Shown: one piece after another, positions 56,947-64,000 of the stretch
Layout: every line of letters starts with the position of its first letter
Position numbering within the stretch: position 1 is the stretch's first letter
Source of the DNA: Solirubrobacteraceae bacterium
GTDB lineage: Bacteria; Actinomycetota; Thermoleophilia; Solirubrobacterales; Solirubrobacteraceae
Direction: 5' to 3'
DNA length: 64,000 bases
Assembly (NCBI GenBank): GCA_039744075.1
Contig: JBCJUC010000004.1
Coordinates: forward strand, 16,629-80,628
Made by a program: the position numbers and the translations under genes
Notes under the pieces: generated by a model
Database searches by the model: none
What the model was told of the DNA's origin: nothing
Seen by the model: the letters and a program-made list of their open reading frames with translations, nothing else

Positions 56947-57374
56947 AGTTGCCTCCCGGCGGGCGGGTGGACGGCCTCTGCGGTATCGGGCTCCCAGTCG
57001 GCGGGCAAGCCGATCGCGGCGCTCTTCAGCACCTTCAGCGAGAGCAGCGCGCACTTCATCCGCGTTGCCGAAATGTCGATCCCCAGCAGATCGAGCACGG
57101 CGCTGCGGTCGAGCCGGGCAACGTCGTCGATCTGCATTCCCTTGATCTCATCCGAGATCATCGAGGCCGATGCTTGACTGATCGCGCAGCCGCGACCTTC
57201 GAAGCGAAGATCCTCGACCACGCCATCATCGTCAAGCTTCAACATCACGCGCAGCTCGTCGCCGCAGAGCGGGTTTGTGTCCAAGAATTCGCGGTCTGGG
57301 GCTTCGATCGAGCCGAAGTTGTGCGGCCTCTTGTAGTGCTCAAGGATCTCTTCGCGGTAGAGGTGGTCGTCCAT
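56943..57374 (-). CDS. sufU: SufU/IscU-like Fe-S assembly sulfur-transfer protein
   Basis: [29 protein letters not shown]. Confidence 0.88.
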   Translation of the reverse strand: MDDHLYREEILEHYKRPHNFGSIEAPDREFLDTNPLCGDELRVMLKLDDDGVVEDLRFEGRGCAISQASASMISDEIKGMQIDDVARLDRSAVLDLLGIDISATRMKCALLSLKVLKSAAIGLPADWEPDTAEAVHPPAGRQL

Positions 57375-57379
57375 TGCGA

Positions 57380-58600
57380 TCAGTCCCCAAAGATCTCGAT
57401 CACGCGGCCGAGTCCGTCGACCAGCTGGTCAACGTCATCGGTCGAGTTATGGACGGCAAACGAGGCGCGGGTTGTCGCGGCGACGCCAAGCAGCGCCATC
57501 AGCGGCTGCGTGCAGTGATGGCCGGCGCGAACACAGATCTGGTCACGGCCGAGAATCTCGGCAACATCGTGCGGGTGGGCGCAGTCGAGCGTGAAGCTGA
57601 CGAGGCCGCCGCGCTCGACCGTCGGCGGCGGGCCTTGAATCGTCAGGCCAGGGATCTGCGCGAGCGCAGCCATTGCGTAGCTGGTAAGCGACTGCTCGTG
57701 CGCGCGGACGCGGTCGATCCCGATCGCCTCGATGAACTGAACCGCCGCCCCCAGAGCAACAGCCTCGGCGATCGGAGGCGTGCCAGCCTCGAACTTGAAC
57801 GGCAGATCATTAAAGGTTGAGCGCTCGAAGCTGACGCTGCGGATCATGTCGCCGCCGGTCATGAACGGCTCCATCTCCTCCAGCAGCTCGCGGCGACCGT
57901 GCAGCAGACCGATGCCGGTCGGGCCATAGGCCTTGTGGCCGGTCCAGACGTAGAAGTCGGCGCCAATCTCAGCGACGTTAACCGGCAGATGCGGAACCGC
58001 CTGGCTGCCGTCGATCAGGCTGACGGCGCCGGCGGCGGCGGCGCGGCGGACAATCTCGCCGACCGGATTGATCGTGCCAAGAACGTTCGAGACGTGGAAG
58101 ACGCTGACGAGCTTTACGGCGCCGTCGGCGAGCAGCTGGTCGAGCTGGTCGAGGCTGATCAGCCCCGCCTCATCAACCTCCAGCCAGCGCAGCTCGGCGC
58201 CGGTCTGCTCGCAGAGCTGCTGCCAGGGGACGATGTTGGAGTGGTGTTCGGCCTGAGTGAGGACGATCGCGTCGCCGGCCTTAACGTTCTGCGACCCCCA
58301 TGAGTAGCGCACCAGGTTGATTGCCTCGGTCGCGTTCTTCGTGATGATCGTCTCGGTTGGTGAGCCGCCGACGAAGCTGGCAATCTGCGCGCGGCCAGCC
58401 TCGAACAGCGCATCGGCTTCGATCGCCAGCGGATAAACGCCGCGGTGAACGTTGGCGTTGTGGCCTGCGAGAAAGTCCTGCAGAGAATCCAGCACGACAC
58501 GCGGCTTCTGCGAGGTCGCGGCGCTGTCGAGATAGACGAGGCCTTCGCGCTCAAGGATTGGAAAATCCTCAGCCAACGCGATCTGCGGCGTTGTTGCCAT
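57380..58600 (-). CDS. sufS: cysteine desulfurase SufS
   Basis: PLP lysine region [12 protein letters not shown] and the active-site Cys loop RAGHHCTQP. Confidence 0.92.
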   Translation of the reverse strand: MATTPQIALAEDFPILEREGLVYLDSAATSQKPRVVLDSLQDFLAGHNANVHRGVYPLAIEADALFEAGRAQIASFVGGSPTETIITKNATEAINLVRYSWGSQNVKAGDAIVLTQAEHHSNIVPWQQLCEQTGAELRWLEVDEAGLISLDQLDQLLADGAVKLVSVFHVSNVLGTINPVGEIVRRAAAAGAVSLIDGSQAVPHLPVNVAEIGADFYVWTGHKAYGPTGIGLLHGRRELLEEMEPFMTGGDMIRSVSFERSTFNDLPFKFEAGTPPIAEAVALGAAVQFIEAIGIDRVRAHEQSLTSYAMAALAQIPGLTIQGPPPTVERGGLVSFTLDCAHPHDVAEILGRDQICVRAGHHCTQPLMALLGVAATTRASFAVHNSTDDVDQLVDGLGRVIEIFGD

Positions 58601-59379
58601 TAGGCCGGTGCCGGCTCCACGGCCGCGTCGTCGCCGGTGATCCAGCCGTAGCCTTCGCTCTCAAGCTGATCAACTAGTTCTGGGCCACCCTCTTTGACGA
58701 TCTTGCCTTCGGCGATGATCGTTATCCGGCCCGGCTTGACGAGGTGCAGAATCCGCTGGTAGTGGGTGATGATCAGCACAGCGGTGCCGTGCTGCTCGCT
58801 AACCACGTTGACGCCTTCGGCGACGATGTTCAGAGCGTCGATGTCGAGCCCCGAGTCGGTCTCGTCGAGAATCGCAACGGTTGGCTTCAGCAGCGCCATC
58901 TGCAGAATCTCAAGCCGCTTCTTCTCGCCGCCCGAGAAGCCGTCGTTGAGGTAACGCTTTGAAAACTCGCGCTTTACCTCGGTCAGCTCCATCGCCTGCT
59001 CAACCACCTGACGAAACTCCTTCATCGAGAGCTCATCCTCGCCGCGCGCTTGGCTATGGGCATTGAGCATAGTTCGCAGATACTTCGTGACGGTCACGCC
59101 CGGGATCGCGATCGGGTATTGGAAGGCCATGAACAGGCCGGCGCGTGAGCGCTCGTTAGGCGAAGCCTCGGTGATCTCCTCGCCGCGGAAGACGATTGTG
59201 CCCTCGGTTACCTCGAATGCCGGATTGCCCATGACGACGTTGGCAAGCGTGCTCTTGCCGGAGCCGTTCGGACCCATCAGGGCGTGCACCTCGCCGCTCT
59301 CGACCGTCAAGTCGACCCCTTTCAGGATCTGCTTGTCGCCGACGCTTACGTGAAGGTTGCTGATCTCAAGTTCGGGCAT
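58600..59379 (-). CDS. sufC: Fe-S assembly ATPase SufC
   Basis: LMGPNGSGKSTL, FSGGEKKRLEILQM, ILDETDSGLD. Confidence 0.93.
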   Translation of the reverse strand: MPELEISNLHVSVGDKQILKGVDLTVESGEVHALMGPNGSGKSTLANVVMGNPAFEVTEGTIVFRGEEITEASPNERSRAGLFMAFQYPIAIPGVTVTKYLRTMLNAHSQARGEDELSMKEFRQVVEQAMELTEVKREFSKRYLNDGFSGGEKKRLEILQMALLKPTVAILDETDSGLDIDALNIVAEGVNVVSEQHGTAVLIITHYQRILHLVKPGRITIIAEGKIVKEGGPELVDQLESEGYGWITGDDAAVEPAPA

Positions 59380-59410
59380 TGTCTCCGGTCGTGCGTAGTG
59401 GTTGGTTGAT

Positions 59411-59905
59411 TTAGGCGACGCTGTGTAGTGACAGTTCGTTGTCGGTAGGAGCCGGCACTGGGGCTACCGATGACCGCCCCGAAAAGGCGATCAGTTCAGC
59501 CAGCGTCGTGCGGCGCAGCGACTCGATTACGCCGCCTTGAACGCGCACCCAGAGCAGCCGCGTGGCGCAGTTCTGGTGGTCGTCGACGTGCGAGCAGAGG
59601 ACGCGGCCGTCGTCGGCGTCCTCAACAAAACAGGTCATCGGCGCAATCGACCCTTCGAGCGCCAGCACAACCTCATCCATCGTCACGCTCTCGGCCGGGC
59701 GCGACAGGCGGTAGCCGCCGTGGGCGCCGCGCGTGCTCTCAACCAACTCGGCTCGCTTCAGTAGCGCGACGATCTGTTCGAGGTAGGCCAATGGCAGCCC
59801 TTCACTCTCGGCAATCGCCTTCAGCGAAACCGGCAACTCGGCCGGCTGACGGCCAAGTTCAACCATTAGCCGCACGCCGTATTCGGCTTTCGTTGTGAAG
59901 ATCAT
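59411..59905 (-). CDS. Rrf2 family (IscR-like) transcriptional regulator
   Basis: N-terminal wHTH TKAEYGVRLMVEL...SLKAIAESEGLPLAYLEQIV..L. Three Cys (MTCF, VLCSH, QNCATR) that could ligate a cluster. Confidence 0.85.
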   Translation of the reverse strand: MIFTTKAEYGVRLMVELGRQPAELPVSLKAIAESEGLPLAYLEQIVALLKRAELVESTRGAHGGYRLSRPAESVTMDEVVLALEGSIAPMTCFVEDADDGRVLCSHVDDHQNCATRLLWVRVQGGVIESLRRTTLAELIAFSGRSSVAPVPAPTDNELSLHSVA

Positions 59906-59913
59906 TGCTTAAT

Positions 59914-59930
59914 CCTACCAATACGGTAGG
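59914..59930. promoter_or_regulatory. inverted repeat CCTACC-N5-GGTAGG over the Rrf2 gene ribosome-binding region
   Basis: Exact 6-bp arms, 9-25 nt upstream of the Rrf2 ATG. Could be an operator or an SD-sequestering hairpin. Confidence 0.35.
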
Positions 59931-59956
59931 AGAAGGCCGAGCGGCGCGGCGCCAGC

Positions 59957-60583
59957 TCAGCTGGATGGGCGCGAGGCGCTGCCGCTGAGCAGCGGTTTGA
60001 CGATCCGCGGCGCCTTCGGAAAGCGACCAATCTCAGCCCGGTCAAGCCGCAGGCCGGAGCCTTTGATTGTCGCCAACGTGTCACGATTGCAGTTACAGCC
60101 ACCCGACGCGAAGCGCCAAAGCGGTGCCCAGCGATTCTGCATCCGGGCATCGCCGGCGTCGGAGCTGAGCACATGCTCAAGGAACATGTAGCGGCCGCCG
60201 GGCCGCAGCACGCGAGCGATCTCGGCCAGCGCCGCCGGCGGGTCGGCCGCTTCGCAGAGCACCAGCGTGCCAACGACACAGTCGAAGCTGGCATCGGCGA
60301 ACGGCAGCGCTTCGGCTGATGCGTTGACCAGCTCAACCGCGACCGGCGCCTGATCACGGCGGGCCAGCAGCTGGCTGCTCATCGCCTCGTTCGGCTCAGT
60401 GCAGACCAGCCGCGTAATCGAATCGCGCGGATAGGCGGCGAGGTTGAGGCCGGTACCGGCACCGATCTCCAGCACCTCGCCGGTCGCTTGCGCAAGCGCG
60501 GCGCGCCGCAGATCGGCCAGGCCAGCCTGCTGACTGGCGGCCATCAGGACACGGTCGTAGATCAGCGCGCCGATACGGTTCAC
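59957..60583 (-). CDS. class I SAM-dependent methyltransferase
   Basis: VLEIGAGTGLN, FDCVVGTLVLCE, LRPGGRYMFLEHV. Confidence 0.82.
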   Translation of the reverse strand: MNRIGALIYDRVLMAASQQAGLADLRRAALAQATGEVLEIGAGTGLNLAAYPRDSITRLVCTEPNEAMSSQLLARRDQAPVAVELVNASAEALPFADASFDCVVGTLVLCEAADPPAALAEIARVLRPGGRYMFLEHVLSSDAGDARMQNRWAPLWRFASGGCNCNRDTLATIKGSGLRLDRAEIGRFPKAPRIVKPLLSGSASRPSS

Positions 60584-60638
60584 AGGGCCACCCTAGCGAC
60601 CGACCGCGGCGGCTGGATCGTGCGCTATTGTCGTTTTC

Positions 60639-60818
60639 ATGCTGCTGGCAATGAGTAACGCTGTTGCGATCGACATCGGCCTGATTGGCGTCTTCGGCGT
60701 CCTTTTCCCGGCGCTTGTCACCGGCCTGATCATCTTTGCCTCGGTTGGCAGCTACGTCGAGAAGCGCGACAACGACGTCTACCTCGAAGAGCACAGAATC
60801 CCCGGCAGCGAGCTCTAA
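60639..60818 (+). CDS. small (59 aa) single-pass membrane protein
   Basis: Below the ORF-track size cut-off. MLLAMSNAVAIDIGLIGVFGVLFPALVTGLIIFASVGSYVEKRDNDVYLEEHRIPGSEL. High GC3, one clear TM helix, charged tail. Confidence 0.4.
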   Translation: MLLAMSNAVAIDIGLIGVFGVLFPALVTGLIIFASVGSYVEKRDNDVYLEEHRIPGSEL

Positions 60819-60892
60819 GCAGCCGTGGCGAGACCGCTCGCGCTAATCAGCGGCGGAGCAAACGGGATCGGGCTGGCGACGGCGGGCCGTCG

Positions 60893-62533
60893 CTACGGAC
60901 GGTTCTGCGAAGCGCGGTAGCGCCGCACCAAAGCGTTGGTCGAGCCGTCGTGCTCCAGCTGCGGCGCAGCCTCGCTCGTCAGCTGGTCGGCCAGCGTCCC
61001 TGCCAGCACCTTGCCCAGCTCAACGCCCCACTGATCAAACGAGTCGATCCCCCACAGCACGCCCTCAGTGAAGGCGCGGTGCTCGTAGAGCGCAACCAGC
61101 GTCCCCAGCGCGCGCGGCGTCAACTGCCCGTCGATTAGCAACGTCGTTGACGGCCGCTCGCCAAGGCAGATCCGCGCCGCGATCTGCGCCTCCGGGCTGC
61201 CGGCTGCGCGCAGCGTCTCGGCGTCGCGGCCAAAAGCCAGCGCCTCGGCCTGGGCAAACATGTTCGCCATCAGCAGATCGTGATGAACGCCGAGCGGGTA
61301 GATCGGGTCGCAGAAACCGATGAACTCGGTCGGCACGATCTCAGTTCCCTGATGGATCATCTGGTAGAAGGCGTGCTGCCCGTTCGTGCCCGGCTCGCCC
61401 CAGAAGACGGCGGCGGTCTCCCAGTCAACGGTCGAGCCGTCGAGCATCACATGCTTGCCGTTGGACTCCATCTCAAGCTGCTGCAGATAGGCAGGAAAAC
61501 GCGCCATCTCAGCGACGTAGGGAAGGATTGCGACGGTCGGTCGGTTGTGCAGGTTGCGGTTGAGGACGCCGACCAGCCCCATCAGGACCGGCATGTTCTG
61601 CTCCAGCGGCGCTGTTCGCAGGTGCTCGTCGACGGCGTGGAAACCGGCCAGCATCTCGGCAAAGTTGTCGCGGCCGATCGCACACATGATCGACAGACCG
61701 ACCGCGCTGTCGACCGAGTAGCGGCCACCAACCCAATCCCAGAAGCCGAACATGTTGGCGGTGTCGATGCCGAACTTGGCAACACCGTCAGCGTTGGTCG
61801 AGACAGCGACGAAATGATGCTCAACCGAATCCTCACCGAGCGCGTCGACGATCCAGTCGCGCGCCGTACCGGCGTTGGTCAGCGTCTCGAGTGTCGTAAA
61901 GGTCTTTGAAACGATGATGAATAGCGTCTCTTCCGGGTCGAGGTCAAGCGTCTTCTCAGCGAAGTCGCTGCCATCAACGTTGGAGACAAAGCGGAAGCGC
62001 ATCTGACGGTCGCTGTAGTGAGCGAGCGCCGTGACCGCCATGTCGGGACCGAGGTGCGAGCCGCCGATGCCGATGTTGACGACGTTTCGGATCGGTTTGC
62101 CGGTAGCCCCCTTCCAGTCGCCGCAGCGAACACGGTCGCTGAAGTCGCCCATTCGGTCGAGCACCTCGTGCACCTGATCGACGACGTTTTCGCCGTCGTG
62201 CATGATGCTCTCGGAGCGCGGTGCGCGCAGCGCCAAATGCAGCACGGCGCGATCCTCTGAAACATTGATCGCCTCGCCGGCGAACATTGCCTTGATCCGC
62301 TCTTCGATCCCGGCTTCGCGGGCGCAGGCGATCAGCAGCTTGATCGTCTCCGGTGTCGCGCTCTGCTTCGAGTAGTCGTAGTGGTAGCCGTCAAAGTCGG
62401 CCGACATCGCCCCGGCCCGGTCACCGTCGGCGGCAAAAAGTGACGCCAGCGTCTGCCCTTCGAGCTCGGCAACATTGGCTTGCAGCGCGCCCCACGAAGG
62501 CAGCTGATCGAGCCGTGTCTGCTTGATCTCCAT
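60893..62533 (-). CDS. pgi: glucose-6-phosphate isomerase
   Basis: [15 protein letters not shown] signature region, [18 protein letters not shown]. Start at MEIKQTRL (ATG 62533), 4 nt after the tal stop. Confidence 0.92.
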   Translation of the reverse strand: MEIKQTRLDQLPSWGALQANVAELEGQTLASLFAADGDRAGAMSADFDGYHYDYSKQSATPETIKLLIACAREAGIEERIKAMFAGEAINVSEDRAVLHLALRAPRSESIMHDGENVVDQVHEVLDRMGDFSDRVRCGDWKGATGKPIRNVVNIGIGGSHLGPDMAVTALAHYSDRQMRFRFVSNVDGSDFAEKTLDLDPEETLFIIVSKTFTTLETLTNAGTARDWIVDALGEDSVEHHFVAVSTNADGVAKFGIDTANMFGFWDWVGGRYSVDSAVGLSIMCAIGRDNFAEMLAGFHAVDEHLRTAPLEQNMPVLMGLVGVLNRNLHNRPTVAILPYVAEMARFPAYLQQLEMESNGKHVMLDGSTVDWETAAVFWGEPGTNGQHAFYQMIHQGTEIVPTEFIGFCDPIYPLGVHHDLLMANMFAQAEALAFGRDAETLRAAGSPEAQIAARICLGERPSTTLLIDGQLTPRALGTLVALYEHRAFTEGVLWGIDSFDQWGVELGKVLAGTLADQLTSEAAPQLEHDGSTNALVRRYRASQNRP

Positions 62534-62537
62534 CGGC

Positions 62538-63623
62538 TCAGGCGTCCGCGAGCGTCGACCGCTTGCTGGCAATCGCCGCGATCAGCGTCGTCCATGATGC
62601 GACAAACGATTTGGCGCCGTCGCTCTGCAGCTTCGCTGCCAGCTCGTCAAGGTCCACGCCAGCCGCCTCAAACTCGCTCAGCACTGCCTCACAGTCGCCG
62701 CCGTCTGGGTCCATCACAACGACCGGGGTCGGGCCGTGTTCGGCGTAGTGGTGCAGCGTCGCTTCGGGCATCGTGTTGACGGTGTACGGAGCGGCGAGGC
62801 CGGCGATGTAGAGCACGTCGGAGGCGTCTGGGTCCTTCGTTCCAGTGCTCGCCCAGAGCAGCCGCTGCGGCCGTGCGCCGGCGTTCATTAGACGCTGCAC
62901 GCGCTCCGACGAAAGCAGGTCGCGGTAGTCGCGGTAGGCGCGGCCGCCAATCGCCAGCGCCAGCTTGTCCTTCAGGTTGCCAGGCACCTGATCGGCGACA
63001 GCGACATCCCAGCGGCTCATGAAGAGCGAGGTGACCGACTGGATGTTCGGCGACAGGCCGTCGGCGACACGCAGCTCAAGCCCCTTGTAATAAGCGTCGC
63101 CAGCGGCCAGCGCCTGCTCGCTGCTGAAAAGCAGCGTCACGTTGACCGGAATGCCGGCGTGAATCGCGGCGGTGATTGCGGGCAGCCCTTCCAGCGTGCC
63201 GGGAATCTTGATGAAGACGTTCGGCCGATCAACGCTGGCGTGCAGCTCCTTTGCCTGGGCGATCGTCGCGTCGGTGTCGTAGGCCAGCTCTGGTGAAACT
63301 TCGAGCGAGACAAAGCCGTCAAGATTGTCGGTCAGTTGGTGAATCTCGGCAAAGAGGTCGGCGGCGCGCTGCAGATCGGCGATCGCAGCGGCGAAGAAGA
63401 CCTGCTCATCGCTGGTATCGCTGCCTTGGAAGCTGTGCACCTGCTCGTCGTAGCTATCGCCGCCGGTAATCGCCTTCTCAAAGATCGTCGGGTTTGAGGT
63501 CAGGCCGGTAACGCTGAGCTCGGCGATGTAGCCGGCCAGCGTGCCGTCGTCGAGGATTGTCCGTGTGATGTTGTCGAGCCAGAGGCTCTGGCCAGCATCG
63601 TGGAGGGCCTTTGTAGCTTTCAT
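62538..63623 (-). CDS. tal: transaldolase (long actinobacterial type)
   Basis: [33 protein letters not shown]. Confidence 0.92.
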   Translation of the reverse strand: MKATKALHDAGQSLWLDNITRTILDDGTLAGYIAELSVTGLTSNPTIFEKAITGGDSYDEQVHSFQGSDTSDEQVFFAAAIADLQRAADLFAEIHQLTDNLDGFVSLEVSPELAYDTDATIAQAKELHASVDRPNVFIKIPGTLEGLPAITAAIHAGIPVNVTLLFSSEQALAAGDAYYKGLELRVADGLSPNIQSVTSLFMSRWDVAVADQVPGNLKDKLALAIGGRAYRDYRDLLSSERVQRLMNAGARPQRLLWASTGTKDPDASDVLYIAGLAAPYTVNTMPEATLHHYAEHGPTPVVVMDPDGGDCEAVLSEFEAAGVDLDELAAKLQSDGAKSFVASWTTLIAAIASKRSTLADA

Positions 63624-63655
63624 CGCTTGTCGCTCCTTGGTTGCTGCTGGTTGGA

Positions 63656-64000
63656 TTACTTGACGTTAACGCCGCGTACGCGCGGTGGGATCCAGCCGCC
63701 GGCCAGCGTCAGGCGGTCGGCCTCGTCCGGCCCCCACGAGCCCGGCTTGTACTGGTGCACCGGTGTTGCATCGTCGAGGATTGGATCGACGATCCGCCAA
63801 GCCTCTTCGATCGTGCCGAGCGTCGCGAAGAGGTCGTGCTCACCCTGAAGGGCGGCTGACAGAAGCCGTTCGTAGGGCGGGATCGTATGGACTTCCTGAC
63901 GGATTGCCGACAGCTCGATGTCCTCGACCTCAAAGCTGTCAACGGTCGGCTTGCGTGACTGCATCTCAAGCGAGATGACAACCTGCGGGTTGAGCTGGAA
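63656..64000 (-). CDS. zwf: glucose-6-phosphate dehydrogenase, C-terminal part (5' end outside the window)
   Basis: The frame stays open to base 64000. FQLNPQVVISLEMQSRKP...YERLLSAALQGEHDLFATLGTIEEAWRIVDPIL...YKPGSWGP matches the G6PD C-terminus. Confidence 0.88.
   Translation of the reverse strand, partial: FQLNPQVVISLEMQSRKPTVDSFEVEDIELSAIRQEVHTIPPYERLLSAALQGEHDLFATLGTIEEAWRIVDPILDDATPVHQYKPGSWGPDEADRLTLAGGWIPPRVRGVNVK

Noticed and set aside
56629-57054. 141-aa version of the Rieske ORF
   Set aside because: The N-terminal 36 residues are Arg-rich and overlap sufU. A GTG with a GGGAGG Shine-Dalgarno that overlaps the sufU stop gives a standard-size Rieske protein.

Overview
Densely coding, very GC-rich chromosomal segment with strong GC3 bias and many spurious Arg/Ala/Pro-rich antisense ORFs. 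The gene content looks Actinomycetota-like: two ydaO-type c-di-AMP riboswitches ahead of cell-wall hydrolases, egtB-egtD, an MGLP-like glucan operon, an ArsA-like ATPase and a Suf system. I call about 65 CDS and found no rRNA, tRNA, CRISPR array, transposase, integrase or prophage gene. Left to right: (1) an acyl-CoA catabolism block holding ETF-QO/etfAB, a split B12 acyl-CoA mutase with isobutyryl-CoA-mutase signature residues, hbd, thiolase, two ACADs and MeaB (a second thiolase, an SDR and a third ACAD lie further right at 45.4-49.3 kb); (2) a translationally coupled P450-methyltransferase-GH57-GT4 operon with a flanking acetyltransferase and second methyltransferase, resembling the mycobacterial methylglucose lipopolysaccharide locus; (3) ggt, then a parA-like gene overlapping the start of an ftsZ that has a long N-terminal extension, beside a divergent ArsA-like ATPase and an unknown protein; (4) a zinc-type locus with a His/Cys-rich repeat protein, a Zur-like regulator and an ABC importer whose permease is fused in frame to its lipoprotein binding protein; (5) the primary sigma factor, moeA, glpX, GH15, pgl and egtBD; (6) a rearranged suf operon with an Rrf2 regulator; (7) pgi-tal-zwf at the right edge. 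The most unusual item is the parA-ftsZ arrangement. Everything rests on motif recognition by eye. No database search was run, and several start codons were trimmed from the longest-ORF track on context alone.
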